From: the human T2T-CHM13v2.0 reference genome, Homo sapiens
Reading direction: 5' to 3' (one strand)
Assembly: GCF_009914755.1 (NCBI RefSeq)
Contig: NC_060936.1
Length of the DNA: 64,000 nucleotides
Shown here: positions 1 through 12,791 of the stretch, in pieces
How the letters are laid out: each line of letters begins with the position of its first letter
Position numbering within the stretch: the stretch's first letter is position 1
Made by a program: the position numbers and the translations under genes
The notes under the pieces: generated by a model
The model's input: the letters and a program-made list of their open reading frames with translations, nothing else
What the model was told of the DNA's origin: nothing
Databases searched by the model: none

Positions 1-1000
1 CATGTAACAAACTTGCATGTTCTGTACATGTATACCAGAACCTAAAGTAAAAAATAAATAAATAGACAGAGTGGTTGAATGGATTAAGAAAAAACATGGT
101 CCAAATATATGCTGCTTACAAGGGACTCACTTCTTTAGTTTTAGGACACACATAGGCTGAAAATAGAGATGGAAAAATGTATTTCATGTAAATGGCAACC
201 AAAAGTAAGCTAGAGCACCTGTGCTTATATCTGACAAAACAGATTTAAGTCCAAAATTGTAAAAAGAAACAAAGAAGTCCATTATATAATGATAAAGGGG
301 TTAATTCATCAAGAGGATATAACAAGAAAAAATATATATGAGCCCCTGTCAAAGCACCTAAACATATAAAGCGAATATTAAGAGATTGAAAGGGAGAAAT
401 AGTAATACGTAATAGTAGGGATTTTAATACTCCACTTTCAAAAATGGACAGATAATTCAAACAGAAAATCAATAAGGAAATAGCGGACTTGAACAACACT
501 ATAGACTAAAGGAACCTAACAGACATATATGTAACATTCCATCTAAAGTAGCAGAATATAGCTTCTTTTAAAGGGCATCAAATATATATTCACTTTCAAT
601 GTTCTTTAGATGGCATGTCTTCATATCGTTTGCCCAGTAGATTCTGAAAACCAGAAGTCATTGATAAAAATCATGGAAAGATATCCCATGTTTATGGATT
701 AAAATAATTAATATTGTTAAAATGTTCATTCTACCTCAAAAGACCTACAGGTACTGTATTGCATGCTTAAAAGCAGCTACGAAGGTAGATACTATGTTAA
801 ATGTTCTTACCATCAAAAAATTAATAATAAAATGAGTGGGAAGAAACTTTGGGAGGTGATGCATATTCTTATGGCCTTGATGGTGGCGATGGGCTCATGG
901 GTTTACAGTTTTTCTCAAACTCATCAGGTTGTGTATATTAAATACGTACAGCTTTTTACATGTCCAACAAACTCATTTAAGGGCTTTAATAAAATGATAA
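1..1000 (+). mobile_element. L1PA 3' tail (1-60) followed by old L1M fragments (EN region, ORF2 and 3' UTR pieces)
   Basis: Starts catgtaacaaac...cagaacctaaagt with an A-rich tail, then degenerate L1 endonuclease-region DNA. Confidence 0.75.
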
Positions 1001-4000
1001 AGGCAGGTCAGATAGCAAGAATTTGACAATGTCATACTTGCAAATGTGATTCTTGTTCAGTGAACCTAACAATCCATTCCCCTCATGTAGGTATCCTTCC
1101 AAATTATAGAGGTTTCAGATTGTCTGTATTTAATGGTACTGGTCAATGATTAATTATAACTTACTTCCCTTGCTTCTTTTGCTCTTAGTTAAGTCTCATC
1201 AAACACATTATACAATTATATAATAAATTTCCTATGAAGAGTGTATATTCTGACCAATTTTCAAAAACATTCTGGCCTACTTGGTAGTTATATTGCTAAT
1301 TGCAAAACAATAATTTGAAGCTTTGTTTATATGTCATTCTATTATAAATTTAGTAACAGATAAATCCTGCTGAATCAGATAATTTCTGGTTGCCCTTGGC
1401 AAAACTGGGTTTCTATAACTGAAAAATCTGTAACTGAAGCCAAACAACTTTAAATAAAACTATAAAATCCTAGCTGTTTTGATTGCCAAGATATCCCCTT
1501 TATGGTTTTAACTATCATCCAGAAACTAAAATACGGAGTAAAATTAGGGAATATATTTTATTTAGCTACATAACATAGTCAATTGTACTGATAAAAAAAA
1601 TTTTTTTAAGTCAATGGAATCTATTTAGTATGAAATATACATTCACTTTCAGTGTTCTTTAGATGGCATGTATTCATATCGTTTGCCCAGTAGATTACTA
1701 GTTCCTTGAGGATAAAATATGTAACACATACTTTTTTCTTATTTTTCATAGAATCAGTCATTGTGTCTAGTACACAACAAGAAAAAGCCCTAGAAAAATC
1801 ACCTCTTTGTCACTTATCACTTATCTCTTTAGTTCCTTTCTCCACTCAGAGTAGTATTCTCCCACTGTAAGCCAGTATTTTGATATGATTTACCAGCTTC
1901 TGGACTAAAGCCCCGTTCCTCACTTCTTCATTCTCCCATTCAGCTGTACTGTATCAAACCTAGACTTGACTTCCCTTTGTTCTCTTTTGTTTCTATACCT
2001 ATAAACCATGCTCATCATTACTACTTGCTTTCAACTGGCTGTAATTTTGGCAAGAATTTGATACTCTATTTTGCACTTTTGGGGACATTTGTGGTTACTT
2101 AAACATAGTGAAAATATAAAACTAACTTTTGCTAATTCTGCTGCTGATGTTCCTTTCACAGATCCCAGGTAGCTGGAAGAAATAAATAAATTATGTTTGC
2201 AGATTTAAGTAATCCAATCAAACTAGTCTATAGGCATCAATACCAAAGTAAAAATATAAATAACAAATTATTTAATCCGAGTTTCTTCTACAAAAACTGA
2301 CTTTTAAAAATGTAATTATATATACAATATTGTGTTATGTGCCAAAATTGTTGAACATAATCAGAAGATATGTGTAGCAAAGTTTAATAAACAAGAAAAA
2401 ACTATGTAAAATAAAGGGTATTATCTCAAATTTGAAATTGTAACTGAATACTTTTATCTTCCTCATTTCGTCATAAAGTTTTTCAAACCATGTAACAATT
2501 AAAACATATTTTAGGTTAAATAATAGAATTCTTAGGGGCTATTATGACATTTAAAAATAAAAATAAAATGTCCACCTCAGTAGGCATTACTGGAAATAAT
2601 CAAAAATGTTTTAAGAATTTCCTTGGATTTGTCTTTATAGAAAATTTGTAAACCACAAAAACATATCCGTCCAGATTCCTCTAAAATCTCCCAAGATTTT
2701 ATCAATTGCAAAGGCCTCAAGCACTACTGATATGCTGATACTAAATTTATATCTCTAATTCATACATTTCTTCTGAGAATTTCCAGTGGGAATATCCACC
2801 TACATATCTTCCAAGTCCCTCAAAAATGTTCCAACACTCTTAGCATCTTTCTTTTAAATGGTACTACTAGCTACAAGGCTGTACCCATAAGAAATTTGGG
2901 AAAAATTCTTACCCTTCTTTCTTTCTCACCTCTTTTTTCACTTCTCTTGGTACTATCAAAGCTGCTGTGTAAATATAACTCCAATCCATCCACTTATCTC
3001 TATCTTAACTATTTTAGCCCTAGTCAAACCACTATCATGTCTTACCTGACCTCCTTCAGGGTCTTCTTAACTTCTGTCTCTGCATCCAAGCTTGGCTCTC
3101 AAAAGCTATTCTTCATTCAGTTAGTCCACATGATATTTTAATAATCAAATTTTATCATGGTAATTATCTGCATAAAACCCTTCAAAGAATACCCTTGCCT
3201 ATTAAAATAAAGTCTAAAACTCTTGCCATAGCTCCCCAGTCTGAGTACCAGCCCTCAGCTTCATCAACTATCACTCAACCTTCCTCATTAAGTTATAGCT
3301 ACTCCAGTGTTTTCTCTACCCTTGGAGGCCACCAAGTCCTTTCTTACTTCAGGAGAATTGGGTTTCTCCTTTTGAAATACTGTTTATTGAAAAACTGCTT
3401 TTAACACCTCAGATTTCAGTAAAGCCAATTCTAAAGACTTACATTAAGTGAGTCATCCTATTAAATAATCTGATACTAATTTGTATCTTTATTTCAAAAC
3501 ATTTATTGGAGTTTACAAACCTGTAGATGTTTGTAGAAGAAAAAATAGAAGAAATTAGAAGACTTTACAGAAGGTTCTAAGTACTCTTCCTGACTTTGAA
3601 CTACTCCAAGACTTTAAGTTCTTTCAGATTATTCACTTGTTGTAAGAACTCTGTCAGCCAGTAAGAGACAGATCACTTAGAAATTAAAGAACTTTGTATC
3701 TTCCTGAAATTCCAAACATAAAAAAATGATAGGAATTGGATTTTAAGAATAAGAACAAAGATTTATCATATTTTCTATGCCTCTTCCACCTCTCCGAGTT
3801 TCTAATAAATTAACCAGTTAAAACATAAACATGTATAGATCACCTAAAATTGCTGAAAACTGTGCTAATTGTTAGGAATACATAAGTTTAAAATAATTCC
3901 CATCCCTCTGGTATTAGCATATTTGAGAGAAGGCGGGAAATTAAATAACTAAAATGTTATTAACACATGAAGAATGAGGACAGAGTGCCATCATAGCATA

Positions 4001-4455
4001 TGAATAGGATATGTTTATATTTGGGGAAGGCTTCCCTGAGGAAATGCTCTTTAAGATGATGTTAATGGATAACCAAATTTAGCCAAGAGAAATGAAGGAG
4101 GAAGAGTTTTTTTCTACCTAGAGGAACAGAATGTCTCAATGTTCTGAGGTGGGTTGGAAAATATCACGTACATGAAAGAACGCAGCAGAGATCAAGCAGA
4201 AAAGAGGAGAGAGTAGCAACATCTCGTAGATAATAAGAAATTTCCTATATTACTATAAAGTCAACTAAACGTGCTGCAAAAAACATCACTTCAGCTGCAC
4301 TGTGGAAAATGGATTTGAAGGTGTTTGAAATGACTACAGAGAGGTCACTGGGGAGAGGTCGTTGCTTTCCGTAGTGACTTCTTAGAGGTGGTAAGTGATT
4401 GTTGCTTGGTTTATACTGATAGTAATGGAAATGGTGAAAAGAAGCCGCATTCTTC

Positions 4456-4753
4456 AGCCGGGTGCGGTGGCTCACGGCTGTAATCCCTGCACTTTGGGAG
4501 GCTGAGGCGGGCAGATCACAAGATCAGGAGATCAAGACCAGCCTGGCCAATATGGTGAAACACCACCTCTATTAAAAATACTGTAGCCGGGCGTGGTTGC
4601 GGGTGCCTGCAGTTCCAGATACTCAGGAAGCTGAGGCAGAAGAATAGCTCGAACCCAGGAGGTGGAGGTTGCAGTGAGCCGAGATCATGCCACTACACTC
4701 CAGCCTGGGCAACAGCCTGGGTGACAGAATGAGACTCCATCCAAAAAAAAAAA
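4456..4753 (+). mobile_element. Alu (AluS/Y-like)
   Basis: GCCGGGTGCGGTGGCTCAC start, dimer structure and A tail. Confidence 0.92.
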
Positions 4754-4863
4754 GATGAAGAAGGCACATTTTAAAATATTTAAATAGTATAATCATTTCC
4801 ATCTGGTGATGTAATGAATATAGTGTGCTAACAGAGAAATGAAGGACTTAAAAGTGATCCCCT

Positions 4864-5079
4864 AGTTGAACAACGAGAACGCATAGACACAGGGCAGGGA
4901 ACATCACACACCAGGGCCCGTTGGGGGGTGGGGGGCTGGGGGAGGGATAACATTAGGAGAAATACCTATGCATATGACGAGTTGATGGGTGCAGCAAACC
5001 AACATGGCACATGTATACCTATGTAACAAACCTGCATGTTGTGCACTTGTACCCTAGAACTTAAAGTATAAAAAAAAAA
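4864..5079 (+). mobile_element. Short 5'-truncated L1PA 3' end
   Basis: L1 3' UTR with G-rich tract; TSD AAAAGTGATCCC at 4850-4861 and 5076-5087. Confidence 0.9.
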
Positions 5080-5731
5080 GTGATCCCTTATTTCTGACTT
5101 GAATAATGAAGTGGGTAATAATGCTATTTACTGAGCTTAGGAAGATTAGATGATGAGTAAACAGGTATAAGAAGCTTACTTTTGGAAACATTAAGGTTCG
5201 GGTACATTTTGGACCCTTCGTAGCACACGGATATATGTATCTAGAGCTCTTAGGAGGTGTCTGGTGTGGAATTTTAGTTGAAGCTAGGAAAGTAAATTGC
5301 CAAAGGAAAGAGGGCAGCGTGAGATTAGGGACTTAGTCCTGATGAAATCTAAGTTTTGGTAGCTGGAAAGAATTAGTAAAGTGGGGAAACTAGACTAAGA
5401 ATGAGTGACCTCAGAGAAAGAAGGGAAAAATATGATATTGTGTCAAGAAGTTATTTGAAAAAGGTTTTTAGAAAAAAGATTTGATCGGCCTATGGAATAC
5501 TGCTGAGTGATCAGAAATATTAAAACTCAAAATGTGCTTTAGATTTGTTAGGAAGAGCAGTTTTAGGAAGAGTGTTTAGGAAAACTCCAGAATGGAGCAA
5601 TTTCAGGGTAACAAAAATGTGTTATAACCAGAGAAAATTCTTCTCCAGAGAATGATTGACCTTTTTCTTTCCATACATACTGTTTCTAAACAAATTGTTC
5701 CTTTCTTCTACATGATGTCTTGGGTTCTTAC

Positions 5732-6052
5732 CATAACAAGTTAATGTGACATCCTCATTGTGACTGCAGTCATGATTTCCCCATCCACGATGTCTGCAAT
5801 TCCAGAGTGCCAACTCATTCCCCTGGCATAAAATGTCATCCAGCCAAATGGGGCGCAATACAGCAGGGCTATTAACAACTCCAGAAGAAATAAAAGAAGA
5901 TGGACATCCTAGTTGCCTGCACACCACGGCAGCAGTATTCAAGTTCCACCCATCATCACATATAGTCCCCCACCTTTCTTGGAATTTCACCTCCACTCTC
6001 CCTGAACAGGAGTTGTTTCCATCCACTAGCCTCAAACCCAGATTGGCTTCAC
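5732..6052 (-). CDS. CD163L1: CD163L1 SRCR2 exon (the gene continues beyond the left edge of the window)
   Basis: 321 nt, phase 1-1; translates [35 protein letters not shown]...VTLTCY. Confidence 0.96.
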
Positions 6053-6689
6053 CTACGAGAAAGACAAGCAGACATATGAAAAACTGATTCAACTTTGAGC
6101 CTGAAATAAAATCAAAAGGATACGTAGAAGACAGCCCTGTTATGAATGAAGTTACCAAAAATTAAAAAAAAATAACTGAAAATACTTATAGGAGGGGTAT
6201 GTGAGGCTTTTTTCTAAACACAAATACACAAACAAAAAAAATCCTAGGTGAAAAAATCAATCATTAGCATGATATTCTTTATCATTTTGCTTTAATTTTA
6301 TACCTCATTTTTCAGAAAATATTTGTTCTGTTAGTGTACCTGGTACATGAAAAAAGGCACTTAAATCAAAGCTAACCCTGCTCCCAAACTTCTTCATTTC
6401 TTTCTAAACTCAATTATAGTTATGATAAAGATATTACATTGGTAACTGTAATGCATTCTCTCTCTGTCTCTCTCTTTCTCTCTCCATTTCTTTCTAAACT
6501 CAGTTATAGTTATAAAAAGAAAAGCAATTAGACATTACTTTGGAAATAAGGGAAGGGTAGAATATATAAAATATTTCCTACACCTCCCAGAGGGACACTA
6601 TTAAAGTCATAATAGAAACCCCTACCTTCCAGCAGATGATTCCTGAGGGTAGGTCTTACCTTGCCTTCCTACTCTAGTTAGACTCTTAC

Positions 6690-7010
6690 CATAACAGTTC
6701 ACACCAACATCTTCTCCATGATAACAGTTATGGCTTCCCCATTCCCGGTGTTGACATTCCCAGAGAGCTGACTCATTTCCATAACAGGAAACATCATCAA
6801 GCCAAATTTTTCCATGTCTAGTCACGGCTTGTCCAAAACGAAACATGGCGAAAGAAAATGGACATCCAAGCTGTTTGCACACGACAGTTGAGGCAGTAGT
6901 GTTCCACCCATCATCACACACAGTCCCCCACTGTCCCTGGAATTTCACCTCCACTGTCCCAGAGCAGGGACCGTCTCCATTGACCAGCCTCAACTCCAAA
7001 TCTGTTCCAT
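6690..7010 (-). CDS. CD163L1: CD163L1 SRCR1 exon
   Basis: 321 nt, phase 1-1; translates GTDLELRLVNGDGPCSGTVEVKFQGQWGTVCDDGW...VGVNCY. Confidence 0.96.
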
Positions 7011-7964
7011 CTGCAAGAAAGACAGAAACATACATTAGAGATGGCAAAGATTAGAAGGCAGAAATAATATAAGTAGGTGAGATGGATGATGATCATTTAG
7101 TTTAAATGTTGTTATTAGAACTTATAGTAGAGAGAAAATAAAAATGAGAAAATTTGAAGTGAGAAGCTTTAATTTTTCATGATAGGGAACTAGAGACCAC
7201 ATTGCAGCATAGTTTTGCTTTGCATTGTAATGTGAAAATTAAAAGAAGGGAAAGAATTTTTTCTTTCTATGCAATTCCCACCAATATAAACCACAGAAAA
7301 GGTAAGGTTTGCTGTTGTGCACGCAGAATGAAAGAAAGTCCCTTGGCTAGTCAGTTTCAAAATAATCTGTATCTGAGGAGTCCACCTCACATTTTTGAAG
7401 GAGATGTTTTATATACTTAATAATTGAAAACATCTTGTAAGGTTGACATAATAATTTTCTACTCAATAAAATCTACAGCATTAAATACTTTTGAGTATTT
7501 ATATCCTCAGATGTTTTAAATACATTCAACAATAGGCCTTGCAGGAGGAGAAGACCTAGTCGTCCATGATTGTAATATGCTAGTCCACCTTCTCTAATCA
7601 ACAGCTATGTGAATCACAGGTAGACAACCACTTCAGAAAGGGCAGTCCTTCAGATGACCATTGGCTACTCATATTCCCATCTTAAAAATTTGAAATAAGT
7701 AAAATGGATTTTAAAAAATCCTAGGTGAAAAAATCAACTTAAAACAAGTGAAGTTAATATTAACCCAAATCTACTTGTAAGCCAAAATTTTGAGGAACAG
7801 ACAATAAAAATTTAAATGGAAAACCAATGTGAAGGGAGAAAATTTTAAAGCAACCATGAGTTTTCAACGTGAAACTTTATGGTGAATTCTGTGCATATGA
7901 TGATGATGAGAGGGTGTGTTAGTAAGAAGAGCAAGTGAGCCAAAGGGACAAAGAGAAGCAATAA

Positions 7965-8070
7965 GGAGGAAGAAAAAGATGAAAAAAGAGAAAGAAAAAG
8001 AAGGAGAGAGGAAGAGACAGAAAGAGAGAGAGACAGACAGAGACAGAGAGAGAAACAGGGAGAGAGAGTA
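7965..8070. repeat. GA-rich low-complexity repeat
   Basis: (GA)n/(GACA)n run. Confidence 0.85.
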
Positions 8071-9805
8071 CAATAGAAAAGGCTTCCCAGTTCTGAGTTT
8101 CAGTACACAATGGCTTAGTGAGAATACACTTTTCACAAAAGATAACAATATTCTTTCTGAAAGTGGATTGTGAGTTAACCATAAGTCTTCATTCAGTGTG
8201 GTCTTGCCTATACTATACTCATAACTAGAAATTTTGGTTTCCTTATATTTCTCTTTCTCAGTTCCTAGTGCTGCTACTGTTTCCTATTTCTTTCTATATG
8301 AACATTTTTCTTTTTAGTTGAAATGTGTGTGAGGGGCATTCTAATGGCTGTGCTCATATCATATAACTCTTAAGTCTAATGAAAGCTCTTAAAAATGTAG
8401 TTGATACACACACACACAGAGATATATTCTAATATGATTGATATTTGCCATTTCTATTTTTTCAATATACTGATTAAGGTGTTTTTTTCAACGTGTACAT
8501 TAGAATTTCTACTAATTTTTAGACATACCAAATTTCTACCAAGGTGTGATAAAATTAAAGAAAACTTGATAAATTAAGAACTTCTATTCTTCAAAATACA
8601 CTCTATAAAAAGTGAAAAGTCACAAATGTGAAGAATATATTAGCAACATATATTATGACTATGGACTAGTATCTAGATTATATTTTTTAAATATATATAT
8701 TTAGAAAAATAAGCAAAATGGGCAAATGAGTTGAACAGATATTTCACAGAAGAAAACAAAAGGCATGACCATTAAATACATGGAGAAATGCCTAAACTTA
8801 TTAGTCTTTAGGAAACTGAAAATTAAGATAAAAAGATATAGCTTTATACTCTCTTGATTGGCAAAAATTTAGAACTCTGAATATTTAAAATATGAGTGAG
8901 GATATGAGTCATATCCTCATACATATATTTGAAAATATATATACATTGCTAGCAGAATTCATCCTATCTGGTAAAGTTGAAAACATGCACATCCCAGAAC
9001 CTGCTAATTCTACTCCTACCTATAGACCGTAGTAAACTCCCATGAATCTGCACCAGAGACATATTTATAGCAGAACATTTGACAATAGTAATGAAAAATC
9101 CAAATAACTATTGACAGGATAATAGACAAATTCACTGGGAATATTTATTTATACAAGATAATATATTTTACTTAACGAAAACTTAAATAATTATAGCCAT
9201 TGCAACAGCAGAGATGAAGCTTAGAAATATAATATTGAAAGATAAAAGCAAGTCCCAGAACACTAAATGCAGTTTGATATGTTATAAAGCTTAAAATAAG
9301 CAAAACTAAACAATACATTATTTCTGCATCTATATCTATCATATTATTAGAAAGTATTGTATTATTAAAAAGTAAGGTAGTGAGAAATGCACAATTCAGG
9401 ATAGACATTATCTCTGGTGGGGTTGGAAGGTAGGTGGAAGAGAAGAGGAAAACATACGTAGAAAAAAATGGTTGATAAAAATCCAGTTTCCTGGTTGAGG
9501 GATGGATTTATGTGTGCCATTACATTATGCTTAATGATTTGTATATATGTTATAAAATGGCCATTTTTGTCTAATCAAATATAACATTAAACAGCGAGAA
9601 ATTTAAAGCATTTTAAAAAGCAAATACATTAATCAAAAATATTTGTAACTGGACAAGAACCAATACTATTTTGGAGTATACAAAGATATAGTAATATTAT
9701 CTATGATTAAACAGAAATAAGAAAATTGCACAAATAAAGCATTCAATTAAAATAATCATTTCAATACCATGATTAAATCTCAACAGCATTTAAAATGTTA
9801 ATTTA

Positions 9806-10018
9806 GCCCAGATGCCATGGCTCATGTCTGTAATTTCAACACTTTGAAAGGCAGAGGTGGGAGGACTGCTTGAGGCCAGGAGTTCCAGATCGGCCTGGAC
9901 AACATAGTGAGACCCTACCTGTAAAAAATTTTTTTTAATTAGCTGGGTATAGTGGCACACATCTGTAGCTGCACTCCAACCTGGCTGACAGAGTGAAACT
10001 CCGTCTCTTTAAAAAAAA
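9806..10018 (+). mobile_element. Internally deleted old Alu (AluJ-like)
   Basis: Left arm joined directly to the last ~50 nt of the right arm plus A tail. Confidence 0.75.
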
Positions 10019-10441
10019 GAATCCACTTTAATAACAATAAAATTTTATTTAAACTACAAATTTGGCACTAATGAAAAATATAGAAAATAATGAAAAACCT
10101 TAAAAATGACAATTTCTGTGTCAGATCTATGAAATGTAATATATTTGAAAAATTACTGAAATACAAAGCAATTAAATAACTTCAATAATCACTCATAAGG
10201 TCTTATTAAAATCTATTTGGGTATATCCAAATGACAGAAAACTACACAGCCAATAAAACAAGGTATCATAAGTGATATGTGATAAAATAAAAATGTTAAA
10301 GAACTATATAGGTAATAACCAATATATAAAATATAATGAAATAATTTTCTTGAAACATTATTATAAAAAATGCCACAAATTGGTATTTTAAACAATAGTG
10401 TTTTTCTCTGGATGTTAATATATTAACAAATATATATTTTT

Positions 10442-10750
10442 ATTTATTTTATTTATTATTATTTTTATTATACTTTTATTTTTATTAAGTAATAGTATTA
10501 CTTTTATTTTTATTTTAATAGTATTACTTTTTTATTTTAATAGTATTTAAAAGTATTTACTTTTAAATAGTATTTAAATAGTATTTAAATAGTATTTAAA
10601 TAGTATTTAAATACTTTTAAATAAATATTAAATAGTATTTAAATAGTATTTAAAAGTATTACTTTTTATTTTAATAGTATTACTTTTATTTTATTAATGA
10701 ATATTATTTTTATTTTTATTTTTATTAATATACTTTTATATTTATTAAGT
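10442..10750. repeat. AT-rich minisatellite expanded from the L1 tail
   Basis: Tandem TAAATAGTATT 11-mers and TTTTAATAGTATTAC units; almost entirely A/T. Confidence 0.85.
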
Positions 10751-12791
10751 TCTAGGGTACATGTGCACAACGTGCAAGTTTGTTACATATGTATACATGT
10801 GCCGTGTTGGTGTGCTGCACCCATTAACTTATCATTTACATTAGGTATTTCTCCTAATGCTATCCCTCCCTGCTCCCCCCACCCCATGACAGGCCCTGAT
10901 GTGTGATGTTCCCCACCCTGTGTCCAAGTGATCTCATTGTTCAATTCCCACCTACGAGTGAGAACATGTGGTGTTTGGTTTTCTGCCCTTGTGATAGTCT
11001 GCTCAGAATGATGGTTTCCAGCTTCATCCATGTCCCTACAAAGGGCATGAACTCATCCTTTTTTTTTTTTTTTTTGACACTGTATATTTATTTGAAAACC
11101 GGAAAATACAGGTTTGTGGCTTCAGGGAATCACCCTTGTATACTGTGGTACATGATCAATGATCATTAAATCCTCTTCACACAAAAGAATTTTGCTTCCT
11201 CAGTCAACCATATAATAATTCACAAAATATCAAATTCAAAACCCAACACCAGTTTTCCAACCCTCTTTTAGGAATTTTATTATTATAAAAAAAAAAAAAG
11301 AAAATTCTAAGAAAGTTTTCCACCCATAGTCTTAACCAATCATGACTATTTTACTTCTCCATGTTCCCCCTTCTGGTCCTTGTACTTTTACATGCATAAT
11401 CTTTTTTAAAATTCATTTTTGCTTACATTACACACATATTTTTACATGACTGTGTTCACATTTATGTAGGGTTTTTCTTCTCCACTGCATTTTCTAAGTT
11501 GTTCTATTTTGCTGTAGCACTAATGAAGATAATACTGCCATAAATAACTATGTATGCACAGCTTTTCCTTCTTTAAAATGATTTCCTTAAAATAAATTCC
11601 CAAAACTGGAAATAATGGATGAAAAAAATGATGTTTTTTATAGCCCTTGATAAATATTGCATATATAAATACTCTCATAATTTGGAAAATATATCCATTT
11701 TGCAAAGCCATATAAAAATAATTTTTATAATGGGACAAATTCTCTATTAAATACATTTTTATAAGCATTAAAATACTGGTTAATGTAGTTTGTGTCCTAT
11801 TATTTAATAGTGGTATACTCAAGACAACAGGGGAAATGACCAAGCAGGATGTGAAAAGCTAATAAAATAAGCTGATGAAGCTATAAACCTGAGTATACAA
11901 TGCTCCATATATCATCTGAGTACCTCTAAAAACCATCCTGATTTTTGCTCACAAATTAGCCTATAATTTTCTAGTCAAAATCATTCTAAGAGAAACAAAC
12001 CAGAGACTAAGAGATAAGCTGCAGTGTCCAAGAGCTGGAGGATCTTCATTTATGACCGCCCATGGTCATAAACACTTTCTCATAGCTTGACTGTTTCCCT
12101 TTCCTTGCTTGTGAAATGTCTTGGCCACTCAACACGGGTTTTCTGCTGCCTCCCGTGGCCCTTACCTCCTCGGCTGAGTCCATGGACCAGAGGCCTCTCT
12201 CTTCCCCGCTCAACCTCCAGCCCTTTGGCGTTTGGACAGATATAGGCATAAGCTTCTCTAACTCTGCAGCACTTTTGCCTCTGTCTTGATTCCTCTGCTT
12301 TTTAGGCACAGTTTTCTTCTCTAAGAATGCGTTCTTGTTCTCTAGCTTCCTGCTCTCTCTAGTGTCCTCAACCTTTCTCGGGGTCTTCTTTTTCCTCCTG
12401 CCTCTGACATCGGTATCCTCCTCAGCACTCATGGCACTGTCTAGGGGCTTCTCAAAGCCATGCTCCAGCCCTGTGTCCTGCCCTGCTCTCTCTCTTGCAC
12501 TTTTAGTGTTTTGTTTCTCTTCTCTGCTGTCGGAATGTAGCCCTTCATTGTCATCCTCCGGAAAGGGGGAATCATTAAGTACACTTGATTCAGATTCCAC
12601 CTGGGATTCGACAAATTTTCTTTTTTTGTTTTTCTATTTTCTTTGGGATCTTCTCTTGTTTTCGTCTTTAAATCTCTTATTTCACCCTTTTTAACTTTAA
12701 TTCCTTTGTTTCTTTTACTTCATCTTTTTTGGGCTTTTTGGACTCCTTTAGTTCTTCTTTGGCTTCAGAAATTCTTTTCTTTGTCCTTAAA

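Noticed and set aside
2700-5600. Probable L2/MIR remnants
   Set aside because: Too diverged to give boundaries by eye.
5833-7054. Plus-strand ORFs over SRCR exons (also 56967-57404 and 60263-61398)
   Set aside because: Antisense shadows of the CD163L1/CD163 coding exons.
7864-8182. Charged and hydrophobic ORFs of 85-94 aa
   Set aside because: Translations of a GA microsatellite.
10560-10660. CRISPR-like array of short repeats
   Set aside because: Head-to-tail AT-rich tandem repeat with no unique spacers, in eukaryotic DNA.
12046-12600. 184-aa ORF as a separate gene
   Set aside because: It is the frameshifted downstream part of the MPP8 retrocopy, starting at a GTG (Val) codon and running into parental intron sequence.
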